Shown in pieces: positions 1-9,322 of a DNA stretch of 37,683 nucleotides. Location of the stretch: the NCBI GenBank assembly GCA_900555085.1, contig USJU01000002.1:1-37683 (forward strand), written 5' to 3'. Position 1 is the first letter of the stretch. Every line of letters begins with the position of its first letter. The notes under the pieces were generated by a model. It searched no databases, was not told the DNA's origin, and saw only the letters and a program-made list of their open reading frames with translations. A program made the translations under genes and the position numbers. The DNA comes from an uncultured Clostridium sp. (lineage in GTDB: Bacteria; Bacillota; Clostridia; TANB77; CAG-508).

Positions 1-219
1 GTCAACGTGAGCGTAATGTCTGTGCTCAGTCTCATACTCAACGTGTGCTGTAGAAATAGTAATACCACGCTCTCTCTCTTCTGGAGCTTTATCGATGTTC
101 TCGAAATCTGTAGCTGTGTTACCAGCAACTCTCTCAGCCAGAACTTTAGTGATAGCTGCAGTTAAAGTAGTTTTACCATGGTCTACATGTGCTATAATAG
201 CAACATTTCTAATTTTCAT
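1..219 (-). CDS. tuf: Elongation factor Tu-like GTPase, 5' end only (gene runs off the window)
   Basis: Own reverse-strand translation from the ATG at 219 gives [73 protein letters not shown]. The HVDHGKTT G1 motif and the [13 protein letters not shown]...HVEY...RHYAHVD block are EF-Tu hallmarks. A GAAGGTG Shine-Dalgarno lies upstream. The ORF is absent from the track because it is partial. Confidence 0.7.
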   Translation of the reverse strand, partial: MKIRNVAIIAHVDHGKTTLTAAITKVLAERVAGNTATDFENIDKAPEERERGITISTAHVEYETEHRHYAHVD

Positions 220-430
220 AAAATACACCTTCTTTTTCTCACAGTTATTAATTATATCATAAAATCAAACATTTGAACATATTTTTTATCAATTTTATCA
301 AAAATATTACCTTTCAGAAAAAGCCTAGGTCTTTTTCTGTCCTACATAGCCTACAAGTCTATATAGGAATAACCATAAGATATCATATTTGGGGTGTAAA
401 CTTTCTAACCACAACATAACAAAATACTTT

Positions 431-487
431 ATGACTGAAACAATAAGGTTCAGTCATACCTTACAAAACTACAGGTTTGTAAGGATT
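431..487 (-). terminator. Two consecutive hairpins downstream of the 516..1103 gene
   Basis: ATGACTGAA/TTCAGTCAT (431-457) and CCTTACAA/TTGTAAGG (458-487) are inverted repeats just 3' of the minus-strand membrane protein gene. Confidence 0.4.
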
Positions 488-515
488 AAAAAAACTTAGA
501 AATAAATCTAAGCCT

Positions 516-1103
516 TTACTCACTAATAATACTATTACTATCTTTAATCTTTTTATAATTAATAAAATCAAGAATAACCATAACAAATATATATACTCCA
601 ATTATCTTAAAGAATATATACATAACATTTTTAGATACAAAGATAAGAATAATACCAAGTATAATAGATATAATACTAACAATCATATTAGCAGTAACCC
701 TTCTATCAAAATACTTAATAAGACTACTAATACCCATAAAGAATAATAATAAAGAAACAAGTACTGGAAGTAATTCTAAGAATAAGAATTGACCATACTT
801 AAAAGTAAATAAAGCAAGCCATAAACACATAATACCCATAACTATACCAGAATAATCTTTCTTTAAATATTCCTTATCCATAACAAAGTTAATAACTCTA
901 ATAACCGCTATTATAGAAAAAATTACAACAAATAAATAATTAACAGTACTAAGAAGTTCATCAGTAGCAAAAATAAGTACTAAAGCAAGTACTAACCCTA
1001 ATATGTAATAGAAGCCTTCTGATACATTATAGTTCTTCTTTTTATTATCTTCTAATTTAATAGTTTTATTTTCTGTACTCTCTATCTTTTTCTTTCTTCC
1101 CAT
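516..1103 (-). CDS. Multi-pass membrane protein, tentatively DUF308/HdeD-like
   Basis: ORF 516..1112. The likely start is the ATG at 1103 (MGRKKK...), preceded by GAGGTAGGTG. Several hydrophobic helices follow a Lys-rich N-terminus. Confidence 0.6.
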   Translation of the reverse strand: MGRKKKIESTENKTIKLEDNKKKNYNVSEGFYYILGLVLALVLIFATDELLSTVNYLFVVIFSIIAVIRVINFVMDKEYLKKDYSGIVMGIMCLWLALFTFKYGQFLFLELLPVLVSLLLFFMGISSLIKYFDRRVTANMIVSIISIILGIILIFVSKNVMYIFFKIIGVYIFVMVILDFINYKKIKDSNSIISE

Positions 1104-1150
1104 ATTTAACACCTACCTCATATAAAAATTATACAACAAAATAATAAGAA

Positions 1151-1183
1151 AAGAAAGAAGAAATTAACTTTTTCTTCCTTCTT
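1151..1183 (-). terminator. Rho-independent terminator candidate
   Basis: A 13-bp stem AAGAAAGAAGAAA/TTTCTTCCTTCTT (one mismatch) is followed on the minus strand by a T-rich run. It lies 3' of the YbbR gene and of the small ORF 1164..1268. Confidence 0.5.
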
Positions 1184-1268
1184 TTAAGTAACAATTAAGT
1201 TTAATATAACTAATATTCTGACTCATTTCATCAAAAATATCTTCAACTAATATATAACCTAGCATCAT
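1164..1268 (-). CDS. Small hypothetical protein (34 aa)
   Basis: Own translation gives MMLGYILVEDIFDEMSQNISYIKLNCYLKEGRKS. A strong GAGGAGAGG Shine-Dalgarno precedes the ATG. It is too short for the ORF track and no family was recognised. Confidence 0.3.
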   Translation of the reverse strand: MMLGYILVEDIFDEMSQNISYIKLNCYLKEGRKS

Positions 1269-1347
1269 TATCCTCTCCTCTATTAAAAGAATAACACATA
1301 ACCAAAATAATTTCATTATATTCGACAAAACTAGTCAAAATGCACCA

Positions 1348-2736
1348 TTAACTTTTAGTAATTCTAACTTTAATCTTTGTAGTCTTAGCAAAGTAATTAG
1401 CTTTAACCTCTTCACCACTTACTTTAACATTAACAGTATGTTCACCCTCACCAAGTCCAGATAAATCAACTGTTGCTTTAATAGTAGTACTATCAATAGC
1501 ATCAAGAACTTCTTTTGTACCTTTAACCACTACCGTTGTCTTAGAAGAATTTTCTCCAATAGCACCAGCCTTCAAATTAGGTCCAAGATTAATAGCATCT
1601 ATTTTAATATCATCTACTTCTTTAGATTCTTCTTTACCAATACTAATCTTAACCGTAATAGTCTTTTCAGATACTTCTCTAATACCTTCTGGTTTAGGAA
1701 CTACAACAGTATAAGTCTTATTATCAGTAAGACCTGCTACATCTACTTCAATAGGAATATAACTTTCACTATATTTATTTACTGTTTCTTGGTCACCATA
1801 AATACTAATCTCATTTACCGAAGTAGTAATAGAACTAATAGCTTTACCAAATGATATCTTATCTATATTTTTAGGAATAACCTTAAGTTTAGCAGTGCCA
1901 CTATAAGACTCAATATTAACAGTAGCGGTAACAGTCTCAGGAACAATTTCAACATCAACAACATTACCATACTTATCATATGCTACTAATTTAACTTTAT
2001 CAACAGTATTAACACCAGCTTTAGGATCAACAATACTACCAACATCAACAAGTGCTTTAACCGTAGCCACTTTATTTATATTATGACTAGATTTCTCATC
2101 ATCAGTACCCTTAATAATAACTTCTTCTTTATCTAAAGTAACAGATTGAACAGAAAGTTTACTATCTAATTTATCCTTATTAATAACATCAATAGTAACT
2201 GTCTTAGTTTGTGATACCTTAGGATAAACATTAACCGTAATTGAAGAAGGATCTAACTTATAAGTAACAGAATTAATAGAACTCTCATAACTCAAATCGA
2301 CCTTATGCGTACCTTCCTTCAAATTAGATAAATCAACACTAACTTTACCAGTAGATAATTGTTTAGCAAGATATAAGTCAACAGTTCTACCAATCAAAGT
2401 AACATCAGCAGTCTCAGGAATACCCTCAACAACATAAGCTTCTTTATTATAAGTAGCCTCAACCGTTTGATTATGAAGCACTTCAGCAGCACTATCAATT
2501 ACAGTACTTGCTTGATTATCAACATAAAAGAATAAAAGTAATGCCATAAAAAGTGAAATAAACACCAAAGTATTCTTCTTATTTAACCACTTCTCAAATT
2601 TACCAGCATTCTTATCAGTTTTTTCACCTAAGAATAATCCAAACTTAGTAACTGGAGTAACAATAACTCTATCAATAAAATTAAAGATACCTAGAAAAAA
2701 TTTCTTGATAGCTTTAATAATTTTCTTAGTTGACAT
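1348..2736 (-). CDS. cdaR: YbbR-domain protein (CdaR-like regulator of diadenylate cyclase)
   Basis: ORF 1348..2775. It has an N-terminal TM segment followed by repeated YbbR-like modules (VTLIGR...VDLSNLKEGTHKVDL, VVVKGTKEVLDAID...VDLSGLGEGEHTVNVKV). The likely start is MSTKKIIK at 2736. No cdaA lies upstream. Confidence 0.75.
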   Translation of the reverse strand: MSTKKIIKAIKKFFLGIFNFIDRVIVTPVTKFGLFLGEKTDKNAGKFEKWLNKKNTLVFISLFMALLLFFYVDNQASTVIDSAAEVLHNQTVEATYNKEAYVVEGIPETADVTLIGRTVDLYLAKQLSTGKVSVDLSNLKEGTHKVDLSYESSINSVTYKLDPSSITVNVYPKVSQTKTVTIDVINKDKLDSKLSVQSVTLDKEEVIIKGTDDEKSSHNINKVATVKALVDVGSIVDPKAGVNTVDKVKLVAYDKYGNVVDVEIVPETVTATVNIESYSGTAKLKVIPKNIDKISFGKAISSITTSVNEISIYGDQETVNKYSESYIPIEVDVAGLTDNKTYTVVVPKPEGIREVSEKTITVKISIGKEESKEVDDIKIDAINLGPNLKAGAIGENSSKTTVVVKGTKEVLDAIDSTTIKATVDLSGLGEGEHTVNVKVSGEEVKANYFAKTTKIKVRITKS

Positions 2737-2974
2737 TCGCCATAAACCAACTGATAATGATAAATTAATGTACAATTATGTTATAAGTGCAAAATTACCT
2801 TTCATTATTTTAACAAATAAGGCTGATAAAATCGCAGTAACCAAAGTTGATGGAGCTTGCAATGAAATACAAAATGAACTAAATCCAATTGGAGATGCAA
2901 TTTGTATGCCTTTCTCCTCTGAAAGAAAAATATATTCAGAAAATGTTTGGAAAGAAATAGAGAGCATTTTATAA
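2705..2974 (+). pseudogene. engB: 3' remnant of the ribosome-biogenesis GTPase EngB/YsxC
   Basis: The translation LVDIRHKPTDNDKLMYNYVISAKLPFIILTNKADKI... contains the G3-to-G4 region (NKAD is the NKxD motif) and the C-terminus of EngB. The N-terminal part, about 110 aa including the P-loop, is missing. The 5' end overlaps the cdaR start antisense. Confidence 0.6.
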
Positions 2975-2986
2975 TGTTCTCTATTT

Positions 2987-4342
2987 CTATCTTTGATCAT
3001 CGTTTTTATCAGATATATCATAATTAATTCTGTCCTCAAATCCTTGTCTTTCCATTAGTTCATTATATCTTTTTATATTTTTGGTATTACTCTTTATTGT
3101 TTCTGTTTTTACCCTATCTAAAATGCCTGCTAGATATATATCTTCTTTCTTTCTAGCTTCATTAATCATTTCATAATCTTTATTTGGATTTACAGAATCT
3201 AAAAATGTATCATATATTACTTTTTCTTCTTCTGTTAATTTTTCTAAGTTTTCTTTATGTTTGCAAGAAAACATTCTATTTATATTAAGTTTTTTTCTTA
3301 TATCTTCTCTACTATCGCTTTTTGAAATAGTTAATCTTTTATTTGTAATATTCAATTTATTATTTCTATAAAATTCTTTTGCTTCTTCAGTTCTACCTAA
3401 AATAAATAATCGTATATATTTATATTCAGCAGTTCCTTCAAAATCTTTTTGTCCTTTTCTAAAATATCCAATAGAATCTATAAAAATATCAGTTTCTATT
3501 GATTCTCTATGTAATTTTTTAAATACTTCTTCTTCAGTAGGATTCTGCTCAAAAAAGTTACTAAATATATTATCTCCTTCTTCTATTAAATTTTCTATAT
3601 TTTCTTTTCTATTCAAGTTTACTACTTCATTTATAACAGAATTAGTTGGTTTTAATTCTGCTTGTTCATCTGGAGAAAAATTATTAAAATCATTTACTAT
3701 ATCTACATTGTCTAAAACATTATTTTTTTCTACCATATTGTCGCTTCCAACATACAACATCGTTTTTGTTACGTTTATCGGTTCATTTTCTGAATTAGTC
3801 AATATCTTTTCTGCCTCTGGAGTTATTGTAATTTCATTTTCTTTTGCATATTCCTCAAATTTTCTATAACTCTCTTGGATAATTTCTTCTTCTATCTCTC
3901 CATATTTTAAAGCTTCTTGAAATTCTAATATTTCTTCAAACTTTGCTTTAATAATCTTTATATTTCCACTATTAAACTGTCCCATAACAATTTCATTCGT
4001 TTTATCTTCTCCTAATACTAAAGACACTATATAATTAAAGTCACTTTTTTTATTTAATCTTCTAATTCTCAAATTTGAATGCAATTTAAAAATTTTTGAA
4101 GGATCATATCTGGTATAAGTACTAACACATCTATTTTGTTCTTCTTTAATTCTATTTATCTCAGATTTTGTATCTCTTACATCTTGTTCAACATGTTGAA
4201 CATTTTTTACAATTTTATCAATTCTATCTTGTTGTGATTCCATCATTTTTCTTTGTTCTTCTATTTTAGCATTCTGAATCATAACATTCGCATCTGGTAG
4301 AGCTTCCTTTTTTTCTCTTCTAAAAAAATCCTTTATTCCCAT
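2987..4342 (-). CDS. Hypothetical protein with an N-terminal coiled coil (451 aa)
   Basis: A long ORF with an AAAGGA Shine-Dalgarno. Charged heptad-like N-terminus (EEQRKMMESQQDRIDKIVKNVQHVEQDVRDTKSEINRIKEEQ). No family recognised. Confidence 0.6.
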   Translation of the reverse strand: MGIKDFFRREKKEALPDANVMIQNAKIEEQRKMMESQQDRIDKIVKNVQHVEQDVRDTKSEINRIKEEQNRCVSTYTRYDPSKIFKLHSNLRIRRLNKKSDFNYIVSLVLGEDKTNEIVMGQFNSGNIKIIKAKFEEILEFQEALKYGEIEEEIIQESYRKFEEYAKENEITITPEAEKILTNSENEPINVTKTMLYVGSDNMVEKNNVLDNVDIVNDFNNFSPDEQAELKPTNSVINEVVNLNRKENIENLIEEGDNIFSNFFEQNPTEEEVFKKLHRESIETDIFIDSIGYFRKGQKDFEGTAEYKYIRLFILGRTEEAKEFYRNNKLNITNKRLTISKSDSREDIRKKLNINRMFSCKHKENLEKLTEEEKVIYDTFLDSVNPNKDYEMINEARKKEDIYLAGILDRVKTETIKSNTKNIKRYNELMERQGFEDRINYDISDKNDDQR

Positions 4343-4357
4343 ATTCTTTATCCTTTT

Positions 4358-4534
4358 CTATTGTATTTTTTTACTAATTTTTTTTAAAGCTTTTGTTCTG
4401 TCTAATACAATTACATATCCACATTTTGTACATTTCATTCTAAATTTTACACCTATTCCTAATATTTTCCATATGTCATTTCCACATGGATGTGGCTTTT
4501 TTGTTTTTACTATATCTCCTACATTATATTCCAT
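4358..4534 (-). CDS. DUF951 family small protein (58 aa)
   Basis: Own translation gives MEYNVGDIVKTKKPHPCGNDIWKILGIGVKFRMKCTKCGYVIVLDRTKALKKISKKIQ. The KKPHPCG...KC..CG pattern is typical of DUF951. Its ATG overlaps the sortase stop as TAATG. It is missing from the ORF track. Confidence 0.7.
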   Translation of the reverse strand: MEYNVGDIVKTKKPHPCGNDIWKILGIGVKFRMKCTKCGYVIVLDRTKALKKISKKIQ

Positions 4535-5250
4535 TATAGCACCTCGGTTGCTTTTACTATTACTCTTTGTTTACTATCATTTGTACATGTAATTAGTGTT
4601 ACTTCTTTTTTTCCTCCTGTTAATTGACTTGTACAAGCTACATCTTCTGGATCTACTGTATATTTATCATATACAGAATATTTTAAAGTTCTACCTTTTA
4701 AATCTGTTAATTCTACAATATCTCCATTTTCTAATGTAGGTACCTTACTAAAGAATTTTGAATTTCTATAATTGTGTGCAACTATACAGAAGTTTCCCAC
4801 TTCATTTGGATCTGGTCCCCAAAATTTATTTGGTGCAATTTTCAAAAGTTCATCTGATGCTTTAGATAATACTGGGTAATTAACACCAATTTTTGGTATA
4901 TTAACTATAGCAATCGTTGAATATGTAGTTCCTGAAGCTGTAGTTTGAACTTCAGAACTAAATGCAGCAGATTCATTAGATGAATCGTCTTCATTATCAT
5001 CTAATATAACAACTAATACATCTCCCTCGTTTTTCATAGCTGTATCATCTGTTGAATTTATATCTACATTAGCAAGAAGTTCTTTTGATAATTGTTCATT
5101 TTTATATTTGTCATATTCTTGATATGCATAATAACCAACCAAAATAAACACTAATATAGCTGAAATAATAAATTGAATTTTATATGCTTTTTTCTTTTTC
5201 CTTAATTCTGGTGTAACATATAACTTTTCAGTTACTAGTATTTGATTCAT
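4534..5250 (-). CDS. Sortase-family transpeptidase
   Basis: N-terminal TM anchor. Catalytic His (IVAHNYRN), the TLITC Cys motif and a downstream Arg (RVIVKA) are present. GAGGAG Shine-Dalgarno. Confidence 0.8.
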   Translation of the reverse strand: MNQILVTEKLYVTPELRKKKKAYKIQFIISAILVFILVGYYAYQEYDKYKNEQLSKELLANVDINSTDDTAMKNEGDVLVVILDDNEDDSSNESAAFSSEVQTTASGTTYSTIAIVNIPKIGVNYPVLSKASDELLKIAPNKFWGPDPNEVGNFCIVAHNYRNSKFFSKVPTLENGDIVELTDLKGRTLKYSVYDKYTVDPEDVACTSQLTGGKKEVTLITCTNDSKQRVIVKATEVL

Positions 5251-5313
5251 ATATTTTCTCCTCTAAAAAACTAAAATCTCTCAAAATAATTATAACATAT
5301 AATATTAATTCTT

Positions 5314-5454
5314 TTAAAGAGTTTTTTTAGTTTTTTTTGAGTTTTTTTCTTCTTCTTTTAAAACTATATTATTAAATAGTTCTTCTAAATTGTATTTTGA
5401 GTTTAATTCCTCTAAATTTTTATTTTTCTCTGTATCTGTTTCTCTTTTTAACAT
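5314..5454 (-). CDS. Small charged hypothetical protein (about 46 aa)
   Basis: Own translation gives MLKRETDTEKNKNLEELNSKYNLEELFNNIVLKEEEKNSKKTKKTL. An AGGAGGAAAG Shine-Dalgarno lies immediately upstream. Coding status is uncertain. Confidence 0.25.
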   Translation of the reverse strand: MLKRETDTEKNKNLEELNSKYNLEELFNNIVLKEEEKNSKKTKKTL

Positions 5455-5463
5455 ACTTTCCTC

Positions 5464-6309
5464 CTAAATTTTATTTGCAATATTTGCAAAATCTTGTATT
5501 GATAGCTTTTCTGCTCTTATATTTTCGTTTATATTTAATTGTTTCAATATTTCAATTATTTTATTTTTTTCAATAAATCCACTATTGCTTAACGAATTTA
5601 CTAAAGTTTTTCTTCTTTGCATAAATGCAATTTTTATTAATTTAAAAAATAATTCCTCATTATTTACATTAACTGGTGGATTTTCTCTTATTTTTAAATT
5701 AATTACTTCAGATTCAACAGATGGCTCTGGAATAAATGAGCTTTTATCTACAACCCTAACATTTTCAGAATCAGCATAATAATAAACAGAATATGTTATT
5801 GCTCCAGTAAATTTTTCACCTGGAACAGCTATTAACCTTTCTGCTACTTCCTTTTGTACCATTACTGTTATACTTTGTAAATCTAATCTTTCTTCTAATA
5901 ACTTCATTATTATTGGAGTAGTAATATAGTATGGTAAATTGGCTACTATTTTTACATTTTTTATGTTTTCATTTTTCTCTTCTTTAATTAATTTATGTAG
6001 GTCAACTTTTAAAATATCTTCATTGATTATTTCAAAATTTTCATACAAAAAAAATCTTTCTTTTAGAATGTCTATCATTCTTTCATCTAATTCTACACAT
6101 ATAACTTTTCCGGCTCTTTCTAAAATATATTTTGTAAGTGTTCCTAACCCTGGACCAATTTCTATAACTAAATCTTCTTTATTTATATTGGCAGAATCAC
6201 ATGCATCTATAATAACACTTTCATCTATCAAAAAATTCTGTCCTAAATTTTTATTAGCTGTAATTCCATATTTCTTCATTAAAAACTTTGTTTCTTCAAA
6301 TAAATTCAT
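5464..6309 (-). CDS. rsmA: 16S rRNA (adenine1518/1519-N6)-dimethyltransferase
   Basis: KNLGQNFLID and the SAM-binding EIGPGLGTLT motif are present. The length of 281 aa is typical of KsgA/RsmA. Confidence 0.9.
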   Translation of the reverse strand: MNLFEETKFLMKKYGITANKNLGQNFLIDESVIIDACDSANINKEDLVIEIGPGLGTLTKYILERAGKVICVELDERMIDILKERFFLYENFEIINEDILKVDLHKLIKEEKNENIKNVKIVANLPYYITTPIIMKLLEERLDLQSITVMVQKEVAERLIAVPGEKFTGAITYSVYYYADSENVRVVDKSSFIPEPSVESEVINLKIRENPPVNVNNEELFFKLIKIAFMQRRKTLVNSLSNSGFIEKNKIIEILKQLNINENIRAEKLSIQDFANIANKI

Positions 6310-6385
6310 AAATCTCTCCTCTTATGGAATTATACAATATAACCTTTTTTTTGTAAACAAATTAGTCCAACCATTATTTGATATT

Positions 6386-6745
6386 CTATGTAACTTGTTT
6401 CAAATGATTCAATTTGTAGCTATTATTTTTTAATAAAATTTCTATTACATCAATTCTTGTATATAATTCATATAAATTATGTAAGTGTATATAATATCTT
6501 GCTGCTTTATAAATATGTTTTTGTTTTACATTTGTTACAGCTTCAGCAGGTGTACCATATGAATAATTGCTTCTTGTTTTTACCTCTATAAAAACCAATT
6601 CTTCTTTCTTTAAATCAAATGCTACAATATCTATTTCTCCTGTTTTACATGTAAAATTTCTTTCTATAATTTTATATCCTAATTCTTCTAAATATTTGCT
6701 TGCTATGTTTTCTCCTTTAACTCCTACTATATGTCTTTGATACAT
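6386..6745 (-). CDS. yraN: YraN-family (UPF0102) endonuclease-like protein
   Basis: GENIASKYLEELGYKIIERNF..GEIDIVA....LVFIEVKTR matches the conserved YraN core. 119 aa. Confidence 0.85.
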   Translation of the reverse strand: MYQRHIVGVKGENIASKYLEELGYKIIERNFTCKTGEIDIVAFDLKKEELVFIEVKTRSNYSYGTPAEAVTNVKQKHIYKAARYYIHLHNLYELYTRIDVIEILLKNNSYKLNHLKQVT

Positions 6746-6749
6746 TTTT

Positions 6750-7611
6750 TTACTTCCTTTTTATCATATTTCCTGGCATTACTTCTATTAAATTTTCCAT
6801 TTCCATCATTGTTATTAAATAATTTAACTCACTTATCTTACATTTTAAATTGCTACATATACTATCTATTGGTGTTAGTTCATATGTTAAGCAATTATAT
6901 ATTGGTTTGTATTCTTCTGCAATTTCTACGTTTTTCTCATTTTCTTCTGTTGCTTCATTATTTTGTATTATTTTTAGTTCTTCTAAAATATCTTCTGTTG
7001 AAACAACTAACTTTGCCCCTTGTTGAATAAGTCTATTATTTCCCACACCTGTTTTAGTTTCTAAACAGTGTGGTAAGCAGAATACTTTCTTTCCTTGATT
7101 TATAGCAAGTCCTGCTGTAATACTTGTTCCGCTTCTATAAGCAGATTCTATAACTAATGTTCCGAACTGAAAGTCCACTTACTATTCTATTTCTTTGCGG
7201 AAAATATTTACTCTCTGCCTCTGTTTCTGGTTCATATTCCGATATAACAAGTCCATCATTATATATTATTTCTTTATATAAATATGTATTTTCTTTTGGA
7301 AATATTTTGTTAAGGCCACATCCTAAAACCGCTATTGTTTTTCCTCCACTTTGCAGGCAACTGGAATGTGCTACTGTGTCTATACCTTTTGCCATTCCAC
7401 TTGTAATTACAAGTCCAGCCTCTGTTAGTTCGCTTGAAAATTTTGCACACATTTTTACTCCATATTCACTGCAACATCTTGAACCAATTATTGATATTGA
7501 TTTTTGCTTTAATAAACTAATATTCCCCTCACAATATAGCTGCATGGGTGGATTTTCTATATCTTTTAAAGTCTGTGGAAAATCTTTATCTTCAATTGTA
7601 ATTTTCCTCAT
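6750..7611 (-). CDS. dprA: DNA-processing protein DprA/Smf, in two frames joined at a CGG-A site
   Basis: ORFs 7135..7611 and 6750..7178 carry the N- and C-terminal halves of DprA. The junction is ...FPQRNRIVSGLSV[CGG-A]. Skipping the C gives ...GLSV-G-TLVIESAYRSGTSITAG, the conserved DprA core, for about 286 aa in total. Confidence 0.8.
7161..7164 (-). other. Candidate recoding site GTT-CGG-A (dprA)
   Basis: CGG is in frame with the upstream ORF, and GGA is in frame with the downstream ORF. Frame arithmetic was checked against both ORF coordinates. Confidence 0.6.
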
Positions 7612-7618
7612 TTTTCAC

Positions 7619-9152
7619 TCATCTCCAATATTTTCTATCTAAACTTCTATACTGAACAGCTTCTGCTACATGCTTTGCTTCTATATTTTTCTTTTCATCC
7701 AAATCTGCAATAGTTCTAGAAACCTTTAATATTCTATCATGTGCTCTTGCACTTAAACCTAATTTTTCTATCGCATTTTTCATTATTTTCTTTCCATTTT
7801 CATCTAATTTGCAATACTTATTCATTAGTTTTGGTGTTAATTCTGAATTTGAAAAAATACCATTTTCTTTATATCTTTCCAATTGAATTTTCCTTGCCTT
7901 GTTTACTCTTTCTCTTATTTTTTCAGAGCTTTCACTAGGTTGTTCGTTTTCTAACTTGCTATATTTTACATTTGGAACTTCTACTTGTATATCTATCCTA
8001 TCTAACAATGGTCCACTTATTTTTCCTATGTATTTTGCTATTGCTGTGTCTGAACATGTACACTCTTTATCCTTAGAGCCATAATATCCACATGGACATG
8101 GATTTAAAGATACCACTAGCATACAATTGCAAGGATATGTTAAACTTGCATTTACCCTAGAAATTGATATTTTCTTATCTTCTAAGGGTGTTCTCATTAC
8201 CTCTAAAGTATGTTTATTAAATTCTGTTAGCTCATCTAAAAATAAAACTCCATAATGAGCTAAGCTTACCTCTCCTGGTTTAGGTATTCTTCCTCCTCCA
8301 ACTAATGATACAGATGAAATTGTATGATGTGGACTTCTAAATGGTCTTGAGGTTATTAATGGTATATTTGCTGGTAACACCCCTGCAATACTGTGTATTT
8401 TAGTTATTTCTAGAGCTTCATCAAAAGTTAAATTTGGAAGAATTGTTGGAATTCTTCTTGCCATCATTGTTTTTCCGAGACCCCGGGCTGCCTATAAGCA
8501 TACAATTATGACCTCCACTTGCAGCAACTTCTATGGCTCTTTTTATATTTTCTTGACCTTTTACTTCTGAAAAATCAAACAAATACTTATCTTTTACTTC
8601 AAATAATTTTTTAATATCTATTTCCTGTTTTTCTATTTTTACTTTTCCATTTAAAAAATTTACAACCTGCATTAAGTCGTATGCTGGAATTACATTTATA
8701 TTTTTCACAACTGCCGCTTCTTTTGCATTTTCTCGTGGTAAAATAACATTTTTAACACCTGATTTTGCTGCTTCTATACAAATTGGAAGTACACCTGTTA
8801 CTTTATTTAATTTTCCATCTAAAGATAATTCTCCTATAAAAACATAATCTGATAAATCTTTATTTTCTATACTTTCCATGGACTTTAAAATACCTATAGC
8901 TATTGGTAAATCAAATAGTGATCCTTCTTTTCTTGTATTTGCAGGAGATAAATTAACAATTATTTTCCTGCTTTCAAAATTTAGCCCAGAATTTTTTATT
9001 GCAGTTCTTACTCTTTCTTTCGCTTCTTTTACGCTAACATCTGGCAAACCTACAATATCAAAACTAGGAAGTCCTGCAGATGTGTCCACTTCAACATTTA
9101 TTAAATAGCCTTCTAATCCATGCAATCCCATGCTTTGTACAATTGATAACAT
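7619..9152 (-). CDS. comM: Mg-chelatase-like competence ATPase ComM/YifB, in two frames joined at a CGG-A site
   Basis: ORFs 8421..9182 and 7619..8467. The likely start is MLSIVQSMGLHG at 9152 (AGGAGG Shine-Dalgarno). The junction lies inside Walker A: GSPGS[CGG-A]AA. Skipping the C gives GSPGSGKTMMARRIPTILP. The restored length of about 510 aa is typical. Confidence 0.85.
8474..8477 (-). other. Candidate recoding site TCT-CGG-A (comM Walker A)
   Basis: In-frame CGG in the upstream frame. The +1 GGA supplies the invariant P-loop Gly of GxxGxGKT. Confidence 0.6.
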
Positions 9153-9170
9153 TTTTCCTCCTAATAAAAA

Positions 9171-9227
9171 GGAGCAATACACATGTATTAGGTAGTTAGA
9201 TTTCTACCTTTACATATGTTTTGCTCC
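9171..9227 (-). promoter_or_regulatory. Long imperfect hairpin plus T-run in the comM leader (attenuator-like)
   Basis: GGAGCAA..ACATGTA..AGGTAG / CTACCT..TACATATGT..TTGCTCC. On the minus strand it is followed directly by TTTTTATT and then the comM AGGAGG Shine-Dalgarno. Confidence 0.35.
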
Positions 9228-9322
9228 CTATATTTTATTTTACATATTCTTATCATATATTTTTTGTTTTAGCAAGTAAAATCGTTCGACAAAAATTTAC
9301 ATTTTATTAAGTTTTATTTTTA

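Noticed and set aside
315-339. The 9-bp hairpin CAGAAAAAG/CTTTTTCTG upstream of the tuf-like gene, considered as a terminator.
   Set aside because: It has no flanking T-run in either orientation beyond the stem itself, and no gene end nearby. Its function is unclear, so it is not called.
2776-3039. Minus-strand 87-aa ORF between cdaR and the 451-aa gene.
   Set aside because: It lies antisense to the recognisable EngB remnant. It has no motif and no ribosome-binding site.
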